Source: a virus
IMG/VR virus record: IMGVR_UViG_3300020577_003088
Location: 2,842 to 66,841 of that record
DNA: 64,000 nucleotides
Direction: 5' to 3' (one strand)
The notes below the pieces were generated by a model. The model was not told the DNA's origin, did no database searches, and worked only from the letters and a program-made list of their open reading frames with translations. Made by a program: the position numbers and the translations under genes. This document shows, one piece after another, positions 28,101 through 35,901 of the stretch (its first letter is position 1; every line of letters begins with the position of its first letter).

Positions 28101-31100
28101 TCGAGGCGCAAAACCTCTCCACCTTGCTCCATGAGAGCGGCCACGTCTTCCTTGAAATCTTCCAGACCATCGCCAACGACAAGGATGTGCCGCCTGAACT
28201 GCGCGCCATGTGGGCGTCCACCATGGCGTGGATGGGCAAAGAGCCTGGCGAAGCGCTGACCCGAGAAGATCACGAACTCTGGGCGCGCACGTTTGAGGCG
28301 TATCTGAAGGAAGGCAAGGCGCCGTCGCTTGCGCTACGGGATGTCTTCCGCATCTTCCAAAGCTGGTTGCTGAACGTCTACCGCCAAGTCAAGGGCATGC
28401 TCGTCGGTCGCGACGGGCGCGTCTATGGCGACGTGAAACTCTCGCCCGAAATCACGGAGGTCTTCGACCGCCTGCTGGCGAGCGAAGAAGAGCTTGCCGT
28501 GGCGCGTGACTTCATGGAGGCGGATCGTCCGTTCTTCCAGACGCGCGAAGAGAGCGGCATGTCCGAAGCCGCGTGGGCTGACTATGTGAAATCCATCGAC
28601 GACGCGCGCATCGAGACGGAGACCGCGCTGCGTGTCAAGGCGATGGACAAGTATACGCGCAAGGAGCGCCGCGAGTGGCGCGTCATGCGCGAGAGCTTCC
28701 GCGCGACGGCGACGCGCGATGTCGATACGGACATGGCGCGACGCGCCTATGAGTGGCTGGCGGACGGCACATGGCGCCCCCTGCCCCCGGAGAAGGATGA
28801 AGACGGCAACGACATTCCGCCTGACCCGGCTTACGACAAGCCTGCCGATCTGCCGGATATGCGCCTCGACACGAAAGAGGTCGCAACCGTCTATGGCGAC
28901 GAAGCGCTCGCCAATCTGCCGCGCGCGCTGAAGCCTGCGACAGAAGAGGATGTGGATGCGCTGCTTGCCGACGCGCAAGCCGTGAAGCGTTCTGGCAAGG
29001 TCCGCAAGGCGCTGCGCCTTAGCGCATGGGTTCGCAAGCGCGGCGGCGTCAAGGATGTGGGCGGCGACATCGCGGCGGCTATCGGCGGGGCGAAGACCCG
29101 TCCTGGCGTCATAAATAACGCGACCGGCAAAGACCTCGACGATCTCGCGGTGGCGGCTTGGGAAGACGGTTTCTTTGGTCCGAAGCCCGGCAAGGCGTCG
29201 GCTGATCCCGATGAGACGGGCGGCTCGACGCCGGGCGAACTTTTCCAGATGGCGGGTCCGAAGTCCAAACTCGTCGACAAGAAAGTTCTGAAGCACGCCA
29301 AGCGCATGCACCGCAAGAAGAAGGCGAACTCCGAAATCTGGGCGGAGACGGCGGCCATGAACCAGCCGTGGTATCGCAACGAGAATGGCGAGTGGGTCAC
29401 GGAGTTTGAAGACGGCGCGATCCGCGTTGTCGTGGACGGCAGCGGCAAGCTGGAAGAATACATCGACTATGAGAGCGCCACGAGCCACTATCCGCAACTG
29501 AAGCGGTATGGCGTCAAGGTGCAGACGCCGAAGAAAATCAAGGATCGTGCGCTCGGGCGGTTCATTCCGTTTCTGAAGAAGATCGAGGTCAACGCGCCGA
29601 AGCCGATCCGCGAAAGCACGGTGGCGCACGAAACGCTGCACGCCATCGATGACATCGAGGGTCGCAAGTACGGCCTCGGCATGCGCTACGGCCTACGCCC
29701 TGGCGAACGTCGCGCGTTCAATGTGGAGTTCCGTCGTCGCTGGACGATGGCGCAACGCATCGCCATGCCGCCATGGGTCACGGAAGAAGACGCTGTGAAT
29801 TGGGCGCTCGGCGGGCGGACAGATGACAAGCAAGCCGTCGCGGCGGTCGAAGAAAAGTATAAGGGCCTTCCCCTGCCCCGCGAGGAAGTGAAGCCGCCGC
29901 AGCGACGTGCGGAGCCGTATCAGCCGCGCCGCGAAGAAGAGCTACCGAAGATTTTTAATGAGGATCACGAAGAGGAAACCCGCCTCTCTGTTCCTGGCCG
30001 CGTGTTCTTGAGCCGGGCGGAAATCGCCAATGCGCGCAAGAAGGATGACACGCTGCCGGTCGTCACGGATGAGACCGAGATCGACTTCGACAAGAAGCTG
30101 TCGGAACAAAATCCGGTTGTCGCTGACAAGTTGCGCAAACTGCTGAAAGAGCACAATGCCTTCGGCATCTACAACAAGCGTGGGCGCTCGATCTATATTC
30201 GAGGCGAACAGCGCCGCTATGTCGGCGGGTATACGCCGCCTTATGAACCTAAACTTGTCAGCCACAACTCTTCCGAACGCTCGCGCCAGGCGATAGCGTT
30301 GGAAGGCGCCATCATGCGCGCGGTGCAGAATTGGGAGGATGACGCCTATGACATAGGCTACCGCGTCGCCTATGCAAAAGCGGAGGGACTCACGAAAGAG
30401 GCATTCGCCGAGCAAGAGATTGAGGAGATCACGAGCCGCGCATGGGGGCACGAAGAGTTAGAGGACGGAACATCAGTCTCTTTGATGCCTGAAGAGAATA
30501 AGGAGAGCATTCGCAAGATCGTTGATCTGGCGTGGGATCGCGTCTCTATCGACCACGAAACGGCCTACGGATCGTCGGTCTTCGACTCTCTGGCCAATGA
30601 ACTCGGCACGCTCGGCGCCATTCAAGCGCTTGCGGATGAAGGTATTGTTGCGGGACGTTTCCGGTCTCAAGGGACGGATGTCGGCCAATCCGTCGTCGTC
30701 TTCGGCCAAGAGTTCACCGGCCATGACGCTGCGCGGACTCGCTGGGGCTGGTTCATGTCGCTCGCGGGCGCTGAAGATGGCGCCACTGTCAGCGGCGGCG
30801 CGGCGCGTTTTGGCACGGATGAAGAGATTGCTTCGCTTGTCGATCTGGTGATGGCGGGCGCGAGCGCCAAGCAAGTCTTCGATCACCCTGTCTATCAGCG
30901 GATCGTCGCGCACGATGAGGCGGCGGTGTCCACCCTGCCCGCCGATTTCACGGAAGAGCAGCTTGCGGCGCGCGTCTATGTAGAAGGTCGCAACGCCGCG
31001 CAAGTCATCGACACGGCCAAGCGCGCCTTCGAGCAAGCCGCTGGCGGCATGACCGCCTATGATCGCAAGGCGACGCTGGTGTTCGGCATTCCCGGCGCGG

Positions 31101-34100
31101 GCAAGTCCACCTTCTCGAAGTCCATCGCGGCGACCCGTCAGGCGGCGCTCGTCGATAGCGATGTCATTCTGGAGCAAATCCCCGAATACGAGAACGGCTA
31201 TAACTCCAGCGCCGTGCGTCGCGAAGCGTCGTTCCTGCGCGATGTCGCTCTGGCGGAAATGATCGCCAGCGGCCAGAACCTTGTGATCGAGCGGATCGGC
31301 GACACTGACGAGCAGGCGCTTGGCCATATCCAAGAGCTTCGCGCGGCGGGCTACCAGATCGAAGTCGTGCATGTGGCTATCGGTCAAGACGAAGCCGTGC
31401 GTCGCGGCGCGCTCCGCTTCGTCGAGACAGGCCGCTATGTGTTGCCGCGCGTCTATGACAAGGCGGGCGACAATACGGGCAAGGTTTTCTCCCGCACCAT
31501 TGAAAACATTCCTCTCGATGGGTATATAGAGATCAATGCCGAAACTCCCCGGAACCAAGCGCAAGTCATCCGGTCGCAAGGAAGCCAAGACCTCCTTGCC
31601 GGATTGGCACCCCGACTGGCGTCCCCCGCCGGAAGCCCTGGCGCGCGCACGCGCGGTCGTGGACCGGCAGCGCCAGACGAACTCTTCCAGTCCGCCGACG
31701 ACGGCCTCCGTCCCGCAGGCGCCCTCTTCCGACAAATCGTGGGAGGAGATAATCGCGGAGGAACTGCGGAGTCAGGAAGCGCTCGACAGCCAGCGCCCAA
31801 ACTAGAGCCGATCTCCCGCCCGCCGACGCAGGCGGACGGCACGGTCGTTCTGACACACTACAGCGTCCGGCCCGATCTGACCCAGACTGACCCGGCCTAT
31901 CATGGCGCCGGTTTGTCCCGTCGTAGCGCCGACAATCAGCGGGGCGCTATCCCGCGCACTTATTTCGGCATCGGCGTCGGCATGCCCGGCGGCTATGTGA
32001 AAGAGTATGGTCTCGGCGAGCACGTCTACCAGACACAAGTGCCGCTCTCGCGTCTCTATGATGCGAAGGCCGATCCTGACGGCATCGTTCGCGCCGTGAA
32101 TGAAGAGTTTGCCGGTCAGCCTGGCCCTGTCCGCTTCACCGAATGGGAGAAGCGGATCAAGGCGGCAGGCTATATGGGCTATTGGGTCAACATGCAGGCG
32201 ATCCAGCCGTCGATGGGGATTGTCGCGGCGGTGTTCCGGGCGATCCCCGTGGCGCGGATCGGAGACGTGCAGGAGCTTTATCAGTCGAGTTCGCTGCCGC
32301 TCATGAGCGACGAGCAGCGTAAGCAGCTTGAGGCCGAAGGCTTCGATACCAGCCGTATCTTTTGGCGCGTTAGCAACGTCAGCGACGGACCGATTCGAGT
32401 AAGCACGCGCGGATTGATGGGAAATGGCGTCTATGTTTGGACGAAACGAACTGCCGTCAATAAAATTAAGAACAATACACGACTAAACGCCGTCGTTGTT
32501 CGTGGCGAACTGCCTATCATCGCAACGCAGCAAGAAGCCAAGCAAGCAATCGCCAATGGCGCGGCAGGCTATATTCTCGACGACACCTACAAAATGCCAA
32601 TGGCGGTGATTGTTGATCCTGAAAACATCCGTGTTGTGGCGAGTGTGGGGAGCGATGGGGTAGATGAACTCTATCAAGATCAGCGTCGCCCCTCTCTTGA
32701 GGAGTTCCGTGACGCGCTGATCGCCGATCTGCGCAACGAGCGCGCTGTCTATTCCTCTGACGACGATGCGGCGATTGAGGAACAAGAGCGGCTGCAAGCA
32801 CTTCGCCGCTGGTTTGAGGCGCGCGGCGTCAACCTCCAAGCCGACAAAGACGATCTGCGCCGTCAGATCGAGGCGGTTGTCCAGCGTGAGAAGAATAACC
32901 CGCTGGCGACGCCGCCGGACATCGCCGCGCAATGGTTCGGCTTCGAGGATGGCGAGGCGCTGCTGAAGGCGGTGAGCGGCCTGCCCTCTCGTGAGCGCGC
33001 CATTGAAGAGCGCATGACGGCGATGGTCGAGGCCGAGATCGGCGATCCGTTCTCGGATGGACGCATCGTCGAAGAGGCGCGTCTCGCCGCTCACCTTGAA
33101 GTGCAAGCGCGCCGCCTTGAGATCGAACTTGCCGCCCTGCAACAGGCGACGGGCGGTCGCGCCAAGCCGGTGGCGCAAGCGGCGAAAGCCTTCGCCGAAC
33201 GCCAGATCGGCATGATGACCGTCAAGCAGGTGCGGGGCTATGATGCTTTCCTCGCCGCCGAGCGACGCTCTGCGAAGGCCGCGCAAGAGCGGTTCCGTGC
33301 GGGCGATCTCGACGGCGCCGCGCTGATGAAGCAGCGCCAGCTTGTGAACTTCCATATGTACCGCCTCGCCCGTCAGGCGGCGGAGGAAATGGATCGCACG
33401 CAGGACTACTTCAAGAAGTTCGACCGTCCGACCATCCGCGCCAAGATCGCGACGCCGCATCTGGATCAGATCGACCAGGCGCTCGAAAGCATCGACATCC
33501 GCAAATCGCCGCCGTTCTCGGAGCGCCGCCGTCAAGGCTTCCTTGCATGGGTGCAGTCCATGAAGGATGCAGGCCGCGAGCATGAGATCGACGTTGATCC
33601 GCAATTTATGGAGCAAATCTCGCGCCGTCCGTTCAACACGTTGACCCTGTTGGAAGCGCGCGGTCTGCGGGACGCGATCAAGAACTTCGAGCACATCGGC
33701 AAACGCTTCAACGAAGTCATGGTGGCGCGACGCAAGCGCGAATACAACGAGCTTGTTCGTGAGCTTGTCACGGCCATCGACAAGAACGATCCGATCATCA
33801 AGGATCAGATCAAGGGCGAGAGCGAGAGCTTCTTCGAGAAGATGAACGATCTGCGCCTGAAGGCGCACGCCGAGCATACGAAGATGGAGTTTCTGTTCCG
33901 GCTGCTCGACGGCCTCAAGGATAATGGCATTGTCTGGCGCACGCTCTTCTTCCCCCTCGCGCGGGCGGAAGATGAAGAGCAAGTCATGCGCAATGCGTCG
34001 GCGGAGCGCATCGGCGCTATCTTCGGCGTCTATACCAACAGCGAGCGCGCCGCGATGTTCGGCAAGCGGGTGCTGGTGAACGAAGTCGCCACACGCATGA

Positions 34101-35866
34101 CAAAGGCCGAAATGCTGGCCGTGGCGCTGAATTGGGGCAACGAAGGCAATCGTCTGGCGCTACTGGAGGGCCATGGCTGGAACCCCTCGCAAGTCGAAGC
34201 GGTGCTCTCGCGTCTCGACAAGCGCGATTGGGATACGGTGCAAGCGATCTGGGACTGGATCGGCGAATACAAGCCCGCGTCATTCGCGTTGCAAGAGCGA
34301 CTGACGGGCGTCCGCCCCGCCGAGGTCGAACCCCTCCCCGTCTCGACGAAGTTCGGCGTCTATCGCGGCGGCTACTATCCGCTGCGCTATGATCCGCGCC
34401 GCAGCGAGAAGACCTTCAAGCGCGAAGAGAAGGTGAAGACGCTGGAGGAGTTCGGCTCCAACTGGATCAAGCCGCAGACCAAGAAGGGCCACTTGATCGA
34501 GCGCACGAAATCTGGCGGCCAGCGCGTGCGTCTCGATATGGGGGTGCTCACCGAGCATGTCGAGAATGTCATTCACGACATCACGCACCGGGAAGCGATC
34601 ATCACGACGCTGCGTCTTATCGAAGACCCGCGCTTGGCGGAAGCGATCAAGGGCGTGGTCGGCGTGCAAATGTATCGCGTGATCCGTCCGTGGCTCTCGC
34701 ACATCGCCGCCGATCAGCGCCAACCCGCTGGCGCCATCGAGCGTATCTTCTTGCGCGCACGCATGGGCGCCCAGGTCGTCAATATGGGCTGGAAGATCAC
34801 GACCGCGATTGTGCAGCCGCTCGGCCTACTGAACTCGGTGCCGCGTGTCGGCGCCGCCGAGATCGCAACCGAGGCGACCAAGTTCCTTGGCAATCCCTTC
34901 GCCATGAAAAACGCCATCGACTTCATCTTCGCCCGCTCGACGATGATGAAGAACCGGATGGATACGTTTGACCGCGATGTGCGTGAAGCGCTCGCGCGGC
35001 TTCGTGGTCGCGCCGAAGGCGATGTGGTCCCGGTCGGCATTCGTCAGTCGATGTTCTGGCTGACCGGCGTTCTCGACATGAGCGTTGCAGCGCCGACATG
35101 GCTGGCGGCCTACAAGAAGGCGATGAAGGGCAAGGTCGACAACATCAAGGCCGACGACGAGCAGGCCGCTATCGCCCACGCGGACAGCATTGTGCGGATG
35201 ACGCAAGGCGCGGGCGGTGTGAAAGACCTCGCCGAGATCACGGGCCGCTCATCGCAACTGATGAAGCTGTTCACGATGTTCTATTCCTACATGAGCAACC
35301 TCTACAATCAGCTTTATGTGGAGCAGGCGCCGGGCGTGCGGGGCAAGCAGATCAGCAAGGCGGCCTTTATCGGCAACCTCTTCTTCCTGTGGCTGGCGCC
35401 CGCCTATGTCGCCATGTTGCTGCAAGGCCGTGGCGACAAGGACGACGACGAGACGGTGGAGGAAATGCTCTGGCGTCAGGGTAAGGAGGTCGGCGCATAC
35501 CCGCTCCAGACCATCGTCGGCGTGCGTGATGTCGTGGCGGCGACCTCCAGCGGCTATGGCTACGAAATCAGCCCGGTCACGGATGTCGGCGTGACGACGG
35601 TCGGCGCGCTCTCCAAGGCGGGAGAAGCGGCCTTTGAGGGCGTGACCGGCGAAGATGGCGGCGTGGATGAGCATGAGCTTCGCGCGCTGATGAAGGATAC
35701 GACCATGGCGACCAGCTATTGGCTGGGCGCTCCTGGCCGTCAGTTGTGGACAAGCGGCTCTTATACGTCGGACGTTCTCACAGGCCGCGAGGAGACCCCA
35801 TGGGAAGACCCGGAGGCTTTCTGGAATGAGGGCCTGTTGAGGGACGCCAACGACCCGACCCGGTAA
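19187..35866 (+). CDS. Giant (5,559 aa) multidomain virion ejection / polyvalent effector protein in the gp16 slot
   Basis: Single uninterrupted 16,680-nt ORF. Motifs seen: GNAT (RGGGVGTQLYRDVIDALL), HESGH and HETLH (HExxH), P-loop GIPGAGKST with a zeta-toxin-like downstream region, sigma-r4/LuxR-like HTHs, and a C-terminal hydrophobic segment AAFIGNLFFLWLAPAYVAMLL. Confidence 0.8.
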   Translation: MTPQEEEELRRSIEASQKRPGLSALEQRAFGEQRAPEEVAQDHEIASQVGVPAPAVPSQRETYQRLARTLDASRRTRETPRLQAWLAEGDNYALAQNDLDLLGRIETYAQSMRDAFDPKSGLSAGERVSRVLFPVNRQTTVPEDVQRGIDQTISSYRAGEAQMRIARRLEDELTGLNDRGEMSVDVGLYRTMQERDRLRREGLQGDAGEVVETIPNFLGVFPAMAQGVINTETDLFKDYERQFREEYAKDPAGTVVGAAATAPLQMLIGVGGIPAGFIEGKNRYTYRLEAGSAYETMVGMKTVDGQPIRPEIAARAARDYGMIAAGIENMDFVLIGSLVKHTLESAGLKLSSPMAKRMVMAMALRRYGVEVLKQGASEGVEEGSQALAEILMRERAKADDGRRFEALDLGQAAAEIGQSVKIGAIFGGAVGGVASIPSLALDLDAVAATERNQEAFRQFVERAQSAQLARLSPEAMESALNAVTANTPIEDVSINVDAFTEYFQSKGLDPMRAAAELGVTPEQYDAAYKAHGELRFKTGTVQQRMIPTPHYAALADHIRVGDSLTPAEMKMQTAIFQNTLETALKKTASTAETIEAARKVGDIMREKFARAAEEGGPRPEYADRVASLWQALFQTLATHIQQSPELSARLGTNAEEIFSKFGFDVRGVGRANDPVDFRTVRGDTTENPFRWNDEAPQPREDAYDDLGDGLVEQPNYLDRARQAMDEMGDAAEPTPGREVLEGIPDDRLIEPLALAMAAKLRGEFDAQLVMDEILGQAEDMLYVEQAAEERASEIIDEDEMADDAEASLADDEELRAEVMDRLENLPPDVPFNAIPDGVIVGVAFPKGEALLTLRKPTEDGEIATSWGQTLYYTAGEHVILGEAEGDPRPVRRDIFEATYEQAEDGRWRKRHDVPVGFWTAEEDGVINAIEGPEPYKAGDVILIGVLGEMWPTKAASFEANNTIVVEEDYEDRASEVFHAITTSGKVSSAPRRVYDTETIGRVNPEHTIIIQSPRHSDLMKMTRFTRQVWGESAPGIVRFMEDDEGNLYASPAAGMLHDRMVDVLKQHGVNVSYNSVHGFIIRSGDTLYWANVEYGPMKGTLLEDRVEVEFAKRNKLSELFQSPADASAATKEADVPMATARALRYMALAQGGANNAAVYRQMAAEFNMTIGSVKATLSTLRGRIRKAEEDGTLDDLGQELSMSAEDMKRFAAPQQRGRSPEGEARRLKAVRARVERRRASGSPSGYALRKNIEISTRDTREIVLRFTDYSAQGMSRAEAFAQLELDGGWAEGVANKVVSQQRSALQKRIDREGLEAVAASLTLTPDILDAYMERRTAGAKRNEEEGRIIELSMQGVKPAVIAERLRQPVESVRNTVSLIRRVQKLKMMGRSIEEIVALTKLSRGRVEEYYAIPYIGLGSRSRFGWGDTVAEQRQTGENIRARLYELFDADPLALMKEHQARLRAEGFPPVDLGTLRRYVRNRYLGGDNGNGRFPGGAGTDASGASGSGAVGGPGAVGGASPAAEAPVPGQVASRTDPAEDIAVAGGFRRRGLGALQLDPASPWRTPVAQGDALADNSATLPLSEEERAARHSLFASILADTSLETQTDARAYTPGQAFAHPVKGWVQVPAGRTVPAETRRYSLAVPLRAHRSWDVAFSSEATYLEVEIIGKMAVIHGAATHPALRGGGVGTQLYRDVIDALLAEGKQVFSDQSVSDDAMRVYERLRQDGYSVKRVGNGALSKLTVIRGYSPQNTTQDGASIYEVAGKRDADEVFQTNSLRTANAKVAEDLIAQGVLLTDFKTPELDDQFRYRRAASLRDAPVAVYTLPSTRQTAKMEVTVTEAPASISAANRGYQGLATINMEYAGSTESGRRGHAKGSAADALRVFSLLYSIFMYDMRERNARGYVFTGATPELSRFYAYTMSKIDFPGYTLYYAPQADTFFFMRNGEALPDAYAGVKPLRPDALGEVYQDIFYSALERALEALKVKEATAAEWRKLIVSPAEVKRSVQRGPDNKPMMDAEGKPVMTERVIPESVRLPGVKRDEIDWTGLLDLLDFMSESPQMAPVKLSKDQLVDFVRQRGVNVEVHGEDETTGDAVDFDTWRDENEDAIYEREREIIDQQFDEDYSAPDLEVVQGSSDVRDVRDSIAYYQRQIESTEYTIRNMLAGRGMWDREDIERLRAKIAGYKEDIIREQRRLGEAPATDPYSLDMFTGAWVISLITSAGREQPVATYWDEDVARRALAAYQSNTAYSDIGTTFSLTREFLTQEVEPEFSEEEINSYYVIDHDADDDVVGGPYSSEDEAERDMEDYLRSHREKAYDNFVDGDMIWALEQAEQDLWDDYLHGNGNHRVAYSEWTTKGGKDYQAVRLSLPPRNRVTATPEVEHVPNHAIGSQYVLVDAITGQRAKSVSSNLYFATREEAEAAAEKGDAWFQLDEYGFRDNHFPENNILGWIRTKTYTDADGRKVLFIEEVQPQWQQKGLDRGFQKRVNQRVWRKIVQETKDAHDRYDALVAAADERLASWSADTGVPIDDNLRRMRSDEWVIAYRDDTANYIRAIARDSEVLKDVDLADEIAARIAAAKIQEETRLDATRYRVTQKVGDYVVVRGDYRTMDMANDEKGYLDRQGYEVSITEINSGIQVEVYPPTGVDLGAALDAADADVQRAQQAMEDARSPAGAVADMPFKQTPAAAGLFMKWAIRYAVENDFDAVAWTTGAQQAKRYNQLVDHIDELRWQPDPNDPEAGRLAAIQRGNIRRWITVGKGLPGAAHASATSDGTLDELVGKELADRLRAAPTKDEEFYGVDGYQSVSGVNLEFGGEGMKGFYDKILVNITNDLIKKSGQRVKSLGLGIEKSGAFSGIRPARTMWEVVAPDGVVTYRSIERDTAQWNADQSNAENGNDYGAAYTVREAHDDMDAGEAQPSFDINDELRSIAMGGFPYLQADGSTKMGSTVFDRWGSSNSGELRAAVIRLFEAQNLSTLLHESGHVFLEIFQTIANDKDVPPELRAMWASTMAWMGKEPGEALTREDHELWARTFEAYLKEGKAPSLALRDVFRIFQSWLLNVYRQVKGMLVGRDGRVYGDVKLSPEITEVFDRLLASEEELAVARDFMEADRPFFQTREESGMSEAAWADYVKSIDDARIETETALRVKAMDKYTRKERREWRVMRESFRATATRDVDTDMARRAYEWLADGTWRPLPPEKDEDGNDIPPDPAYDKPADLPDMRLDTKEVATVYGDEALANLPRALKPATEEDVDALLADAQAVKRSGKVRKALRLSAWVRKRGGVKDVGGDIAAAIGGAKTRPGVINNATGKDLDDLAVAAWEDGFFGPKPGKASADPDETGGSTPGELFQMAGPKSKLVDKKVLKHAKRMHRKKKANSEIWAETAAMNQPWYRNENGEWVTEFEDGAIRVVVDGSGKLEEYIDYESATSHYPQLKRYGVKVQTPKKIKDRALGRFIPFLKKIEVNAPKPIRESTVAHETLHAIDDIEGRKYGLGMRYGLRPGERRAFNVEFRRRWTMAQRIAMPPWVTEEDAVNWALGGRTDDKQAVAAVEEKYKGLPLPREEVKPPQRRAEPYQPRREEELPKIFNEDHEEETRLSVPGRVFLSRAEIANARKKDDTLPVVTDETEIDFDKKLSEQNPVVADKLRKLLKEHNAFGIYNKRGRSIYIRGEQRRYVGGYTPPYEPKLVSHNSSERSRQAIALEGAIMRAVQNWEDDAYDIGYRVAYAKAEGLTKEAFAEQEIEEITSRAWGHEELEDGTSVSLMPEENKESIRKIVDLAWDRVSIDHETAYGSSVFDSLANELGTLGAIQALADEGIVAGRFRSQGTDVGQSVVVFGQEFTGHDAARTRWGWFMSLAGAEDGATVSGGAARFGTDEEIASLVDLVMAGASAKQVFDHPVYQRIVAHDEAAVSTLPADFTEEQLAARVYVEGRNAAQVIDTAKRAFEQAAGGMTAYDRKATLVFGIPGAGKSTFSKSIAATRQAALVDSDVILEQIPEYENGYNSSAVRREASFLRDVALAEMIASGQNLVIERIGDTDEQALGHIQELRAAGYQIEVVHVAIGQDEAVRRGALRFVETGRYVLPRVYDKAGDNTGKVFSRTIENIPLDGYIEINAETPRNQAQVIRSQGSQDLLAGLAPRLASPAGSPGARTRGRGPAAPDELFQSADDGLRPAGALFRQIVGGDNRGGTAESGSARQPAPKLEPISRPPTQADGTVVLTHYSVRPDLTQTDPAYHGAGLSRRSADNQRGAIPRTYFGIGVGMPGGYVKEYGLGEHVYQTQVPLSRLYDAKADPDGIVRAVNEEFAGQPGPVRFTEWEKRIKAAGYMGYWVNMQAIQPSMGIVAAVFRAIPVARIGDVQELYQSSSLPLMSDEQRKQLEAEGFDTSRIFWRVSNVSDGPIRVSTRGLMGNGVYVWTKRTAVNKIKNNTRLNAVVVRGELPIIATQQEAKQAIANGAAGYILDDTYKMPMAVIVDPENIRVVASVGSDGVDELYQDQRRPSLEEFRDALIADLRNERAVYSSDDDAAIEEQERLQALRRWFEARGVNLQADKDDLRRQIEAVVQREKNNPLATPPDIAAQWFGFEDGEALLKAVSGLPSRERAIEERMTAMVEAEIGDPFSDGRIVEEARLAAHLEVQARRLEIELAALQQATGGRAKPVAQAAKAFAERQIGMMTVKQVRGYDAFLAAERRSAKAAQERFRAGDLDGAALMKQRQLVNFHMYRLARQAAEEMDRTQDYFKKFDRPTIRAKIATPHLDQIDQALESIDIRKSPPFSERRRQGFLAWVQSMKDAGREHEIDVDPQFMEQISRRPFNTLTLLEARGLRDAIKNFEHIGKRFNEVMVARRKREYNELVRELVTAIDKNDPIIKDQIKGESESFFEKMNDLRLKAHAEHTKMEFLFRLLDGLKDNGIVWRTLFFPLARAEDEEQVMRNASAERIGAIFGVYTNSERAAMFGKRVLVNEVATRMTKAEMLAVALNWGNEGNRLALLEGHGWNPSQVEAVLSRLDKRDWDTVQAIWDWIGEYKPASFALQERLTGVRPAEVEPLPVSTKFGVYRGGYYPLRYDPRRSEKTFKREEKVKTLEEFGSNWIKPQTKKGHLIERTKSGGQRVRLDMGVLTEHVENVIHDITHREAIITTLRLIEDPRLAEAIKGVVGVQMYRVIRPWLSHIAADQRQPAGAIERIFLRARMGAQVVNMGWKITTAIVQPLGLLNSVPRVGAAEIATEATKFLGNPFAMKNAIDFIFARSTMMKNRMDTFDRDVREALARLRGRAEGDVVPVGIRQSMFWLTGVLDMSVAAPTWLAAYKKAMKGKVDNIKADDEQAAIAHADSIVRMTQGAGGVKDLAEITGRSSQLMKLFTMFYSYMSNLYNQLYVEQAPGVRGKQISKAAFIGNLFFLWLAPAYVAMLLQGRGDKDDDETVEEMLWRQGKEVGAYPLQTIVGVRDVVAATSSGYGYEISPVTDVGVTTVGALSKAGEAAFEGVTGEDGGVDEHELRALMKDTTMATSYWLGAPGRQLWTSGSYTSDVLTGREETPWEDPEAFWNEGLLRDANDPTR

Positions 35867-35901
35867 ACGCCCCGTGTCAGAAAGTCAGCCGATAATACGG
35901 C

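Noticed and set aside
20357-33982. Several long minus-strand ORFs inside the giant gene (20357-22120, 26489-27493, 28334-29641, 30473-31735, 32483-33982)
   Set aside because: All lie antisense within a single continuous plus-strand ORF whose protein has recognisable motifs. Their Arg/Leu-rich low-complexity translations are typical antisense artefacts.
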